A stretch of 64,000 nt of DNA, from the NCBI GenBank assembly GCA_039917755.1, contig JBDSIV010000104.1:7715-71714 (forward strand), given 5' to 3'. The notes under the pieces are model-generated. The model worked only from the letters and a program-made list of their open reading frames with translations, did not search any database and was not told where the DNA came from. The position numbers and the translations under genes were made by a program. How positions within the stretch are numbered: position 1 is the stretch's first letter; each line of letters begins with the position of its first letter. This document shows positions 54,400 to 64,000 of this stretch, piece after piece. Source of the DNA: Knoellia sp. Its GTDB lineage: Bacteria; Actinomycetota; Actinomycetes; Actinomycetales; Dermatophilaceae.

Positions 54400-55716
54400 T
54401 CAGTCCTGAACGGTGCGAGCCTCAAGCAGCGATGCACGCGCGCGCTCTGCTCCAGGGGCGCGCGTGAGCGCCGCGGACAGACGCATGAGCCGGTTTGTAG
54501 CCTCTGGCGCCAGCGAGAGCAGGCGGGCCGCTGCGGCGCGCAGGTCCGCCGGAGTGGCGACATTGGGGTCCAGCGCTTCACCGAGGCCGGCTGTCTCGAG
54601 CGCGGCCGCGCCGGCAAACTGGTCTGTCGAGAGCGGCAGCAGCATGAGGGGAACACAGGCGGTCAACGCTTCGGTGACGCTGTTGTTGCCACCGTGCGAG
54701 ACCGCCAGGACGGCGTCGCGCAGGATCGTGACCTGAGGGAGCTCCGCCCGCACGAGCCACGAGGATGGGACCGGGCCAAGGGCCGCACGTGGCGTGGACC
54801 CCGCGGCCAGTGCGACGCGAATGTCCAGTCCGCGAAGCGCTTCGGCCACCCGCGCCAACACGTCGGCACGCACCGAGAGGAAACTGCCGAGGCTGACGTA
54901 GACGATCGGCGCGCCGTCGCGAGCCAGCCAGGCGTCCACCTCCGCATCCGGCTCCTCGGCGCGCACCGCTGAGCCGAGGAATGCATGCCGGCCGAGCAGG
55001 GCGGTCCGCTTGGGCGGGTGGAGCTCGCCGGGATAGTTGAGCAGCAGCACGTCACCTGTCTCGGCAAAGGCGTCCTCGCTGGCTGGAGCCGCCGGATCGA
55101 GCGCAGCAAGAGCGTCGTTCCACTGTGCGGTGAATGCGTCTCGTACGCCTTCACATCGACGGCGCAGGTCGGCGAGGTCGTGTGGGTCGGGGCTCAGGCA
55201 GCTGGGCCAGGCAGGTGGGTAACCGTAGACCTCATCGCCCACGGTCAGCGCCGTCGGGTGCCCGAGCACGACGTCCGCGTGGCGCACCCCGTTGCCTGAC
55301 AAACTCAGCCGGGCGCTGAAGGCGAGGTGGTCGACGATGACGTGGTCGGGGCGCACACGCTCGACGACGCGCTGCACCTCGCGGGCCACCCTCAGGGGCT
55401 CCCAGAGCAGGTCGTTGCCACGGGCGGCCGCCTGGAAGGCCAGCGTCGGCACCGCCCCGAGTCGGGTGGCGTCGAAGAATCCCCGCAGCGCTTCGTCCTC
55501 GCCGGTGGGCTGGTCCTGCGCCCGGATGACTCCGGGGTTGGATCCCCGGCCCAGCTGCAGCTCCTCGCGCTCAAAGCCGAACCGGCGCACGATCGCGTCG
55601 GTGGCGGGGCCGGTGGCGACGACGACTCGTTCGCCCGCCGCGGCCCAAGCGGCCCCCAGCGTGGCGAGCGGGAGCAGATGGGAGGCGTAGTCAGGACTGA
55701 TGATCAGCAGCGTCAT
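54400..55716 (-). CDS. GT1 (MGT/UDP-glycosyltransferase) family protein
   Basis: VYVSLGS, LPQVTIL, SHGGNNSVTEAL, PLSTDQF (PSPG-like box). Confidence 0.9.
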   Translation of the reverse strand: MTLLIISPDYASHLLPLATLGAAWAAAGERVVVATGPATDAIVRRFGFEREELQLGRGSNPGVIRAQDQPTGEDEALRGFFDATRLGAVPTLAFQAAARGNDLLWEPLRVAREVQRVVERVRPDHVIVDHLAFSARLSLSGNGVRHADVVLGHPTALTVGDEVYGYPPAWPSCLSPDPHDLADLRRRCEGVRDAFTAQWNDALAALDPAAPASEDAFAETGDVLLLNYPGELHPPKRTALLGRHAFLGSAVRAEEPDAEVDAWLARDGAPIVYVSLGSFLSVRADVLARVAEALRGLDIRVALAAGSTPRAALGPVPSSWLVRAELPQVTILRDAVLAVSHGGNNSVTEALTACVPLMLLPLSTDQFAGAAALETAGLGEALDPNVATPADLRAAAARLLSLAPEATNRLMRLSAALTRAPGAERARASLLEARTVQD

Positions 55717-57589
55717 GGCAGACCTCCGAGTAGAGCGCAGCGAGCGAGGTGGCCATTGTCGCGATACTGAACTCGTCGGCCACCAGGGCCCGGGCGCGCT
55801 TCGCGCGGGCACCGGCGTCCGGGGCGGCGGCGAGGGCGAGGGCCGAGGTGATGGCGGCGGCCAGCTCAGTTCGTGAGGTCGTGTCGATGAGCAAGCCCGT
55901 CACGCCCTCCTCGACGTAGGTCGCTGGGCCGCCTTCGCGCGGCGAGACCACAACGAGGCCAGAAGCCATGGCCTCGAGGATCGAGATTCCGAACTCCTCC
56001 TTGAGGCTGGCGGACACATAGGCACCACCGGGCGCGGCGAGGCCGGGCCTGCCGAACCGGACGGCGGCGAGCCACATGGCGACCACCCCGTTGGGGCGGT
56101 GACCGGCGAGCAGCAGACCGCGTCCGGCGGCGTCACCGCGCGAGATGACCGCGTCGATGCGGTCGAGCTGTTCACGCTCGTCGTCGTTGGGTTCGTCGAG
56201 GTCGCCGCCAATGACCAACAGGTTGCACACCTGCGCGCAGGCGGGCTCGGACGCCCAGGCCTCCACAAGCGTCGCCATTCCCTTGACCCGATGCAGGCGA
56301 CCGACCGTGACCACGAGCGGGAGTCCACGGCGGTCGGTGGGGAGAGTTGCGAGCAGCGAGTCCAGCTCCCTCAATGCTGCGTGGGTCTCGCGCGACACGG
56401 CGCCGCCGCGGGCGGACTCCTGCACCTCGCGGCCGGCCCGGTCGAGTGGAGCCAGGTCGATGCCCTCGGGGATCACCTCGACCGACGCCTCGTCCACATC
56501 CAGGTCGAGCTGCAGCAGGTCGCGCAGGTCCCGCTCCAGGTGGGGACGGGGAAAAACCACGAGGCGGGCTGCCCCGGCGGCAAGCTCACGCAGCAACCGC
56601 ACCCGAAAGACGAGATGCTCGGCGGCGTCGACCGCGCCGAACCCGGCTCGGGTGAGGGTGCCCGACGCCTCCCGCGCGGCGAGGAGGGCGTGCGGATCGG
56701 GAGCCAAGGTCAGCACCGTGGGGATGCCCAGCTCGTGCGCCACCTCTGCGGCCACCCACGACCCGACATCGGCCATGCGCAGGTGCAGAAGGTCGACGGG
56801 GCCGGCTGCGGCCAGAGCATGACGCAGGCCTCGTCGAGCGTGGACCCGCAGCGGCCAGGTCTCACTCGAGGGACGCACCGGTCCGGGCAGGGGGACACCG
56901 AGATAGTGATGACCGGGCGTGCTGACGTCATCTGGGGCTCTGTCTTCACCTTGCCCGTGATGAGCGCGGGACAAGGTGAGCACCCGTGAAATCCGCGGAT
57001 CGGTGACGAGCGAGTCCCCCAAATGGACCAGCAGCGTCGCGATCCCACCGGTATCGCCCTTGCCCGCCTGCAGCAGGCTGCCGTCGATGTCTGCGTGCAG
57101 GAACAGTTGGGCGACGGTCAGACCGGTGGACGCGCTACGCCACACCGGCGCAACGTCCGCTGCGGCGTCGACATCGGGCTCGGGTTCGGTGCTGCCCCAT
57201 GCCTCGAGGGTCACCTCGGCCAGCATTCCGACGAAACCACCACCGTGCATGATCTCGTGCAGTTGGGGCAAGGCCTCCGGCAACCGTGGGCTCGAACGCA
57301 GCGACCACACGGCGTGCTCCCGAAGGAAGGGAACAATCGAGCCCAAGAGCGGTACGACGAGCGCAGCGGCCAAAGCCGTCCCCCCTGCCGCTGCCGCGTG
57401 CACCGCGGCGATGGCCGCCAGCTGGTCGGTGTCCTCGATCGCCTCCCGCAGCGCGGACTCAGCGGTGTCACCGTCGGCGCGCACGGCGTCAGCAAGCGAG
57501 TCGATGAGCTCGATCCCCGCGAGGATGGAGGGCGCGGTCCTCAGCGCGTCGAGCACACCCAGGGTCTGTGCTGGGAGGGTCGAGGTCAC
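55691..57589 (-). CDS. GT4 glycosyltransferase with N-terminal HEAT-like repeats
   Basis: GDTGG loop, VGRLHRVKG, EEFGISILEAMASG; N-terminal ALREAIEDTDQL...FLREHAVWSL. Confidence 0.85.
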   Translation of the reverse strand: MTSTLPAQTLGVLDALRTAPSILAGIELIDSLADAVRADGDTAESALREAIEDTDQLAAIAAVHAAAAGGTALAAALVVPLLGSIVPFLREHAVWSLRSSPRLPEALPQLHEIMHGGGFVGMLAEVTLEAWGSTEPEPDVDAAADVAPVWRSASTGLTVAQLFLHADIDGSLLQAGKGDTGGIATLLVHLGDSLVTDPRISRVLTLSRAHHGQGEDRAPDDVSTPGHHYLGVPLPGPVRPSSETWPLRVHARRGLRHALAAAGPVDLLHLRMADVGSWVAAEVAHELGIPTVLTLAPDPHALLAAREASGTLTRAGFGAVDAAEHLVFRVRLLRELAAGAARLVVFPRPHLERDLRDLLQLDLDVDEASVEVIPEGIDLAPLDRAGREVQESARGGAVSRETHAALRELDSLLATLPTDRRGLPLVVTVGRLHRVKGMATLVEAWASEPACAQVCNLLVIGGDLDEPNDDEREQLDRIDAVISRGDAAGRGLLLAGHRPNGVVAMWLAAVRFGRPGLAAPGGAYVSASLKEEFGISILEAMASGLVVVSPREGGPATYVEEGVTGLLIDTTSRTELAAAITSALALAAAPDAGARAKRARALVADEFSIATMATSLAALYSEVCHDAADHQS

Positions 57590-57598
57590 CCTTCCATG

Positions 57599-58486
57599 CT
57601 AGGTCGGATCTTCGGGCAGACCATGGGCAGAGCTCGCTGGCTCCCCCAAGCCCACGACTTCGCCCCCCAACCCGGGTGTGTGTCCGCTGGCGGTGAAGCG
57701 CATGAGGAGTTCGGCAGCCACCCCCACCGCGATCGTCGCCGGCACTTTGCCGAGCAACTCGGGAAGGCCGATCGGTGAGCTGACGCGGTCGACCACCTCC
57801 TCGGCGAGACCGCCCTCGATCATCAACCTGCGCCGCAGCCGGGCCCACTTTGCTCTCGAGCCGATGAGACCGATCGGCCCGATGTCCTCGGTGCGCAACG
57901 CGGCGTCGAGGATCGCCGCGTCCTCGGCGTGGTCGTGCGTCATGACGAGGACATGGGTGCCCGGAGGCAGCTCACCGAGGACCAGCTCGGGCAGCACCGG
58001 CACCTGGTGTGGGTGGACGCGGGCGTCGGCGTCCGCGAGCGGGGCGAGCGCCTGATCGCTGAGCGCCTCAGCCCGGCTGTCAACAAGGTGCAGGTCAAGG
58101 TCGTGACGGGCCAGAATGCGGGCGAGCTCGTGGCCCACGTGGCCCATCCCGAAGATCGCGACGACGGGCGCCACCGGTAGCGGCTCGAGGAGCACGCCAA
58201 CCTCTCCGCCGCAACACTGCATGCCGTGCTGGAACGGGGCCCTGTCGGAGAGCGAGGACGTGAACGACTCCGGGACGTCGCGACCCTCGTCCAACATCTG
58301 CCGCGCCCGATGGATGGCGACCGCCTCGAGGTTTCCCCCGCCGATGGTGTCCCAGGTCTGCGTGCGCGCCACGACCATCTTGGCGCCGGCCTCGCGCGGC
58401 GCGTGGCCTCGCACCGACGTGAGGGTCACGAGCACACCGGCCTCGCCGCTGGTGCGCAGTTGCTCGACAGCTCGCAGCCAGCGCAC
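57599..58486 (-). CDS. xdhC: Xanthine dehydrogenase accessory protein
   Basis: GHAPREAGAKM, TIGGGNLE, QCCGG, MTHDHAED, GLIGSRAK. Confidence 0.95.
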   Translation of the reverse strand: MRWLRAVEQLRTSGEAGVLVTLTSVRGHAPREAGAKMVVARTQTWDTIGGGNLEAVAIHRARQMLDEGRDVPESFTSSLSDRAPFQHGMQCCGGEVGVLLEPLPVAPVVAIFGMGHVGHELARILARHDLDLHLVDSRAEALSDQALAPLADADARVHPHQVPVLPELVLGELPPGTHVLVMTHDHAEDAAILDAALRTEDIGPIGLIGSRAKWARLRRRLMIEGGLAEEVVDRVSSPIGLPELLGKVPATIAVGVAAELLMRFTASGHTPGLGGEVVGLGEPASSAHGLPEDPT

Positions 58487-58489
58487 GGC

Positions 58490-60934
58490 TCAGCCCTCCG
58501 ACAGGTGGTGGAGAGCGGACTCGGACTCAGGGAGCCGCTGCGGAGCACCGCTGTCCGCCTGGGGTGGGGTTGGCCCCTCCCCGGGCTCGACGTCACCGTC
58601 GAGGTCGTGCCCGGACCGCGCATCCTCGAGGGCCCAGAACACGGCCTCCGGCGTCGCCGGGCTGGCGAGGTCGACACTGGTGCCCTGCGGACCGAAGGAT
58701 GCGCATGCCTGGCGCAGTGCCTCACGCACCGCGAAGGCCAGCATGAGCGGGGGTTCGCCGACGGCCTTTGACCCGTAGACGGCCCCCTCCTCGTGAGCGC
58801 GAGCAAGCAGCGCGACGTTGAGAACCTCGGGCATCTCGGAGAAGCTCGGCAGCTTGTAGGTGCTGGCCGACGCGGTGGCCAGACGACCCCGGTGCTCTCC
58901 GTCGCTGGTGTCCCAGCGCAGGTCCTCCAGGGTGAGCCACCCAGCGCCCTGGACGTAGGCCCCCTCGATCTGCCCGACGTCAACCAGTGGCGACAGGCTG
59001 TCACCGACGTCGTGGACGATGTCGACACGCAACGTGCGGTAGGCCCCGGTGAACCCGTCGACCTCGACCTCGGTCGCCGCGACGCCGTGGGCGAAGTACT
59101 TGAACGGGCTACCCCGCATGACCGTCGAGTTCCAGTGCAGCCCCTCGGTCCGGTAGTAGCCGGCCGCGAAGAGCTGGGTGCGGGCGAAGTACGCGGAGTG
59201 CACGAGATCTGCCCAGTCCAGCGACTCGTCGGTGCCGAGCCCCGAGACGACCCCGTCGAGGAAGCGCACATCCGGGGCCGGCACGCCGAGCTTCTGGGCA
59301 GCCACGAGGGCAAGGCGCCCGCGGATCTGCTCGCACGCGTCCTTGACCGCCCCACCGTTGAGGTCCGCGCCCGACGAGGCTGCGGTCGCCGACGTGTTGG
59401 GCACCTTGTCGGTCCTGGTGGGCGCAAGGCGGACGGTCCCCAGAGGGACACCCAGCGCTGTTGCCGCGATCTGGAGCATCTTGGTGTGCAGCCCTTGGCC
59501 CATCTCGGTGCCGCCGTGATTGACCAGGACTGACCCGTCCTTGTAGACGTGGACGAGTGCCCCCGCCTGGTTGAACGCGGCGAGGTTGAACGAGATCCCG
59601 AACTTCACCGGCGTCACGGCGACGGCGCGCTTGACGTGGTCATGTGTGGCGTTGAACTCAGCGATCCCGGTCCGGCGCCGCTCGAGGTCCGCGTCCGCCG
59701 CGACCTGGTCCCACGCGCGGCGCAGGCGTTCGGCCTGCGTGATGACCTGCCCGTAGGGCGTGGTCTGACCGTCCTCATAGAAGTTGCGGCGGCGCAGCTC
59801 GTGCGCCTCGAGGCCGAGTAGCGGCGCGCACCGCCCGAGGATGTCCTCGATCACGAGCATCCCCTGTGGTCCCCCGAAGCCACGGAACGCGGTCTGGGAC
59901 GTCTTGTGGGTACGAGCGACCCGGCCGGTCACGCGGATGTCGGGGATGAAGTAGTTGTTGTCGACGTGGCACAGGGCCCGGGCGAGGACCGGCTCCGAGA
60001 GGTCCAGGCTCCATCCACCGTCGGCGGTCAGGGTCGCCTCGAGCGCTTGGATGAGGCCGTTGTCGTCGAAGCCGACCCGCCACCGCGCATGGAACCCGTG
60101 TCGCTTGCCGGACATCGTCAGGTCCTGGGTTCGGTTGAGTCGCAACCGAACCGGACGCCCGGTGAGACGGGCGCCCAAAGCCGCGATCGCGGCATACCCG
60201 TGCGGTTGCATCTCCTTGCCGCCGAAGCCACCGCCCATGCGCAGGCACTGGACGGTGACCTCATGACTGCTCAGTCCCAGCACCTGGGCAACGATCTCCT
60301 GGGTCTCGCTGGGATGCTGCGTGCTGCTCTGCACGAAGATCCGGCCATCATCCTCGACAACAGCCAGGGCCGCGTGCGTCTCGAGATAGAAGTGCTCCTG
60401 CCCGGCCATCTCGATCTCGCCGTGGAAGACGTGGGTCGACCGCGCGAGCCCAGCGTGAGCATCGCCGCGGGCGACGGTCGGTTGGGCACCCTGGAAGCTC
60501 TCGGCCTCGATCGCCTCGGTGAGAGTGATGACCGACGGGAGCGGCGCGTAGTCGACCTCAATGGCGAGTGCGCCACGCCGTGCCGACTCCAGCGTCTCGC
60601 CGAGTACCCAGCAGACCGCGTGGCCGTGGAAGCACACCTCGCTCGGGAAGAGCGGCTCGTCGTGCTTGGCGCCGGCGTCGTTGACGCCCGGCACGTCCTG
60701 CGCCGTCAGCACGCGCACGACACCCGGGACGGCGAGTGCCGGTTGCACCCGTAGACCTGTCACTACGGCGTGCGCGTGGGGCGCCTGGACCGGCCAGGCG
60801 TGCAACACGTCCTTCGTGCGCGGGTGCAGGTCGTCGGTGTAGAGCGCCCGGCCGGTGACGTGCAGGGCCGCGGACTCATGGCGCAGGGTCTGCCCCACGA
60901 CGGCGGAGTCGGGGCGCTGGGACAGCTGACTCAT
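58490..60934 (-). CDS. xdhB: Xanthine dehydrogenase molybdopterin-binding subunit
   Basis: GQEHFYLE, RMGGGFGGKE, AFRGFGGPQG, GTEMGQG, SKAVGEPP. Confidence 0.96.
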   Translation of the reverse strand: MSQLSQRPDSAVVGQTLRHESAALHVTGRALYTDDLHPRTKDVLHAWPVQAPHAHAVVTGLRVQPALAVPGVVRVLTAQDVPGVNDAGAKHDEPLFPSEVCFHGHAVCWVLGETLESARRGALAIEVDYAPLPSVITLTEAIEAESFQGAQPTVARGDAHAGLARSTHVFHGEIEMAGQEHFYLETHAALAVVEDDGRIFVQSSTQHPSETQEIVAQVLGLSSHEVTVQCLRMGGGFGGKEMQPHGYAAIAALGARLTGRPVRLRLNRTQDLTMSGKRHGFHARWRVGFDDNGLIQALEATLTADGGWSLDLSEPVLARALCHVDNNYFIPDIRVTGRVARTHKTSQTAFRGFGGPQGMLVIEDILGRCAPLLGLEAHELRRRNFYEDGQTTPYGQVITQAERLRRAWDQVAADADLERRRTGIAEFNATHDHVKRAVAVTPVKFGISFNLAAFNQAGALVHVYKDGSVLVNHGGTEMGQGLHTKMLQIAATALGVPLGTVRLAPTRTDKVPNTSATAASSGADLNGGAVKDACEQIRGRLALVAAQKLGVPAPDVRFLDGVVSGLGTDESLDWADLVHSAYFARTQLFAAGYYRTEGLHWNSTVMRGSPFKYFAHGVAATEVEVDGFTGAYRTLRVDIVHDVGDSLSPLVDVGQIEGAYVQGAGWLTLEDLRWDTSDGEHRGRLATASASTYKLPSFSEMPEVLNVALLARAHEEGAVYGSKAVGEPPLMLAFAVREALRQACASFGPQGTSVDLASPATPEAVFWALEDARSGHDLDGDVEPGEGPTPPQADSGAPQRLPESESALHHLSEG

Positions 60935-62472
60935 CGCTTGCCACCTGGTTCGTTGCTCCGCGCGTCGGGCTGCGCATCGGGCTGCGCGTCGGCCTGCGCG
61001 GCATACAGCTTCAGGAGCGACTGACCGAGCATCGCGCTGCGGTAGCGGGCGGTGGCGCGGTGGTCGGTGAGTGGCGTGCCCTCCCCCGCGAGGACGGCCG
61101 CGGCCTTGGTGATGCCCTCGCGGGTCCACGGCTCACCCTCCAGCGCAGCCTCGGTCCGCAACGCCCGGATCGGCGTGGAAGCGACACCGCCGAGACCGAT
61201 GCGAGCCCGCATCACCGTGCCCTCGACGACAACGAGCGCGATGGCGACGGCGACACCGGAGATGTCGTCGAAGCGGCGCTTGGTGACCTTGTGGAAGACC
61301 GCAACCGGCGCCAGTGGCAGGGGGATCCGGACCTCGCGGATGAGCTCGTCGGGCCCTTTGACGCTCGCGCGGTAGCCAGTGAAGTATTCGGCCAGGGGGA
61401 TGACCCGGTCGCCGTCAGGACCCGCCAGCACGAGCGAGGCCTCGAGCGCCAGCAGCGCCGGGGCGCAGTCGCCGATGGGCGATGCTGTGCCGACGTTGCC
61501 GCCGATGGTCGCGCCGTTGCGGATGAGACGGGAGGCGAATTGGGGGAAGAGCTGCGCCAGCATCGGCACCTTCTCACCGAGACCGCGCTCGATCTCGGTG
61601 AGGGTGAGGGCTGCGCCGATCCGGACCTCGTCGGCGTCGATGTGGAAGCCGCGCAGCTCGGGCAGCCGGTCGATTGCGACGAGAAGTGGTGGGCGCGCGC
61701 CTTTGAGATTGAGGTCGACCCCGATGTCGGTCGAGCCGGCAAGAAGCACCGCGTCCGGGTGCGCGGCGAGGAGCTGCACCGTCTCCGCAAGGTTCCCGGG
61801 TCGCACCAGCTCGGCACCGTCGGCCACGAGACGGGTGTGCCGGGGCGGTGCGGGCCGCGACTGCCGACGCTGGGCGAACGGGTCCGAGTCCTCGGGCACG
61901 CCCAGGGCGTAGGCCGCGTCGCGGATGGGGCGGTATCCGGTGCAACGGCACAGGTTGCCCGACAAGGCATGCAGGTCGAAGCCATTGGGCCCGTGGTCGT
62001 GGTCGTGCGCATCACCCGCCGAGCCGTCGATGCCATCGGGGACGTCACCGGGAGTGCGGCCGGCGCGATAGAACTCCGCCGCCATCGAGCAAACGAAGCC
62101 CGGCGTGCAGTACCCGCACTGCGACCCCCCTCTGTCGGCGAGCTCTCTCTGGACGGGATGCAGCCGGTCCGGAGTGCCGAGCCCCTCTGCGGTCACGACC
62201 TCCTGACCGTCCAGCGCGGCAACGGGCACGAGGCAGGAGTTGAGCGAGACCCACTCGGTCGCCGTGGCCCCGTCGGAGCCGGGCCGGGCCACCATGACGG
62301 CGCAGGCACCGCACTCCCCCTCGGCGCAGCCCTCCTTGCTGCCGGTGAGACCCCGGTCGCGCAGCCAGTCCAGGGTCGTCATGTGCGGTGCCGTGGACGC
62401 GCCGAGTGGCAACGGTGAACCGTTGACGGTGAGGAAGGCGTCCCGATGGTCGATGGGCGGAAGTCGGGTCAT
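60931..62472 (-). CDS. xdhA: Xanthine dehydrogenase 2Fe-2S/FAD subunit
   Basis: GSKEGCAEGECGAC, SQCGYCTPG, GNLCRCTGY, ASPIGD, KRRFDDIS. Confidence 0.96.
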   Translation of the reverse strand: MTRLPPIDHRDAFLTVNGSPLPLGASTAPHMTTLDWLRDRGLTGSKEGCAEGECGACAVMVARPGSDGATATEWVSLNSCLVPVAALDGQEVVTAEGLGTPDRLHPVQRELADRGGSQCGYCTPGFVCSMAAEFYRAGRTPGDVPDGIDGSAGDAHDHDHGPNGFDLHALSGNLCRCTGYRPIRDAAYALGVPEDSDPFAQRRQSRPAPPRHTRLVADGAELVRPGNLAETVQLLAAHPDAVLLAGSTDIGVDLNLKGARPPLLVAIDRLPELRGFHIDADEVRIGAALTLTEIERGLGEKVPMLAQLFPQFASRLIRNGATIGGNVGTASPIGDCAPALLALEASLVLAGPDGDRVIPLAEYFTGYRASVKGPDELIREVRIPLPLAPVAVFHKVTKRRFDDISGVAVAIALVVVEGTVMRARIGLGGVASTPIRALRTEAALEGEPWTREGITKAAAVLAGEGTPLTDHRATARYRSAMLGQSLLKLYAAQADAQPDAQPDARSNEPGGKR

Positions 62473-62945
62473 GGTGCCCACCGTGCGGATCCGGCGAGGA
62501 GGAGGTCGCGAGTGACCTCGAGGTGCCCGAGATGCTGGGCCAGCTCCTCATAGACGTGCAGGAGGACAGCTCCCTGAGTCGCGTATGCCGTGCGGTCGCG
62601 TCCCGTGCCCGGGTTCACCGGTGGTGCGTCAGCCTCACAGGCGAGCGCGTCCTCGTGCAGTCCATCGCGGCCCATCTCGAGCAGCGCAAGCGCCTCATCG
62701 AGCGTCCCGGTCGCCGTGAATTCGGCCTCCCTGTCACGAGGGACGACGATCCTGCGGTTGACCGTTCGCCCCCAGCGAGCCATGACGCCCACCACGTGTG
62801 ACACAAGCACAAAAGCTGAGTTGGACCCCGGGACCCCTGTGACCCTCTCGTTGAGGTGAGACTCTCCCAGCTCACGGACGCACACGGCATACCCGTCGAC
62901 CGCCCTGTCGCACACGGCGAGGTACTCCTCGATGGTGATCACCAT
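62469..62945 (-). CDS. DinB/DUF664-family (maleylpyruvate isomerase-like) protein
   Basis: SNSAFVLVSH...RDREAEF...LLHVYEELAQHLGHLEVTRD. Confidence 0.85.
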   Translation of the reverse strand: MVITIEEYLAVCDRAVDGYAVCVRELGESHLNERVTGVPGSNSAFVLVSHVVGVMARWGRTVNRRIVVPRDREAEFTATGTLDEALALLEMGRDGLHEDALACEADAPPVNPGTGRDRTAYATQGAVLLHVYEELAQHLGHLEVTRDLLLAGSARWAP

Positions 62946-63031
62946 GCAACTCTTTCACGCAAGAACTCCCTTTGTGGCTCTGTACAGGACACAATGACGC
63001 CGACACCGCCACACCAAAGGAGCCGGCCACC

Positions 63032-64000
63032 ATGGGCAGCGCAGAATCCAACCTCGCCTCACACCTCGTCCGCACCGCCAGCACGATGCCGGACCGGCCA
63101 GCGATCAAGATCAACGGGCAGGACATCAGTTATCAGCAGCTGCACGGCATGGCCGCCAAGCTCGCAGGGACGCTGCGCGCCAACGGTATTGCTCCGGGAG
63201 ACCGAGTCGCACTCATCCTCCCCAACGTTCCCGCGTTCCCCGTGGCGTTCTTTGCGACCCTCCTCGCCGGTGGCGTCGTCGTCCCGATGAATCCACTGCT
63301 CAAGTCCGGCGAGATCGACTTCTTCTTCACCAACTCCGGCGCGAAGATCGCGTTCGTATGGCCGGACTTCGTCGGCGAGGCCACCAAGGGCGCCGCGAAC
63401 TCAGGCACCAAGATCGTTGAGTGCGGTCCTCTCGGCCCGGTGGAGGGCGGACTGGAAGACGGCCTCGAGGGTGACGCGCCCATCAGCGAGCCCACAGAGC
63501 GCGAGGGTGACGACACGGCGATCATCCTCTACACGTCCGGGACGACCGGCCGACCCAAGGGCGCCGAGCTGACCCACGACAACATCAGTCTCAACGCCAT
63601 GCGCTGCGCCGAGGTGATCCAGGAGCTCACCCCCGACGACGTGATCATGGGTTGCCTGCCCATGTTCCACGTGTTCGGGCTCGTCGTCGGCCTCAACGCG
63701 GCCGTGCGCGTGGGCGCCTCCCTCGCGCTCATCCCACGCTTCGACCCGGCGGCCGCGGTCAAGGTCATCGGCGACGAGAAGGTCACCGTGATGCAGGGCG
63801 TACCCACGATGTATGCCGCGATCCTCAACCACCCCGACGGCGACAACCTCGACGCGTCATCGTTGCGGACCTGCGCCTCCGGTGGCTCGGCGATGCCGCT
63901 CGAGGTCATGAAGGCGTTCGAGGAGAAGTTTGGCTGCGTCATCCTCGAGGGTTATGGGCTGTCCGAAACGTCGCCCGTCGCATCCTTCAGCCTGCCCGGA
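63032..64000 (+). CDS. Long-chain fatty acid--CoA ligase (5' part; runs off the window)
   Basis: Manual translation: ILYTSGTTGRPKG, LPMFHVFG, GYGLSETSP; AAGGAG RBS. Confidence 0.93.
   Translation, partial: MGSAESNLASHLVRTASTMPDRPAIKINGQDISYQQLHGMAAKLAGTLRANGIAPGDRVALILPNVPAFPVAFFATLLAGGVVVPMNPLLKSGEIDFFFTNSGAKIAFVWPDFVGEATKGAANSGTKIVECGPLGPVEGGLEDGLEGDAPISEPTEREGDDTAIILYTSGTTGRPKGAELTHDNISLNAMRCAEVIQELTPDDVIMGCLPMFHVFGLVVGLNAAVRVGASLALIPRFDPAAAVKVIGDEKVTVMQGVPTMYAAILNHPDGDNLDASSLRTCASGGSAMPLEVMKAFEEKFGCVILEGYGLSETSPVASFSLPG

Noticed and set aside
52657-60189. 7.5-kb stretch without the octamer (also 12445-17940 and 45594-50812) as a marker of foreign DNA
   Set aside because: With mean spacing near 1.8 kb and 36 intervals, a gap of this size is plausible by chance; suggestive only
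60965-61000. Short tandem repeat encoding AQADAQPDAQPDA at the xdhA C-terminus
   Set aside because: Low-complexity coding tail, not an array

Overview
High-GC (roughly 68-70% by eye) actinobacterial chromosome segment, probably Micrococcales/Intrasporangiaceae-like (inferred from gene content and order). It is mostly core metabolism: the branched-chain amino acid region (leuC, IclR/NdgR-LtbR regulator, cimA, ilvE, leuB, serA, ilvBNC, ilvD), gltX with tRNA-Gln and tRNA-Glu, gatCAB, ligA, furA-katA, a GlnA4-type gamma-glutamylation amine-utilisation cluster and xdhABC. Accessory parts are an ECF42 sigma/YciI pair, an orphan type VII secretion substrate module, a MacB-type ABC transporter, two glycosyltransferases and several collapsed gene relics. 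The most striking unexplained signal is the non-palindromic octamer CGGCATAC/GTATGCCG. I counted at least 36 exact copies by eye against about 2-3 expected. They lie on both strands and in four reading-frame registers inside core genes, where they impose rare ATA/TAT/GCA codons, and two pairs form intergenic hairpins. This resembles a DNA-uptake-sequence-like or other genome-wide tagging system. Also visible are leader-peptide attenuators for ilvB and cimA, paired NdgR-type operators at six promoters, PafBC/RecA-NDp-type promoters at an HU paralogue, ligA and a DUF2786 gene, and several very long intergenic hairpins. All counts and coordinates were read manually.
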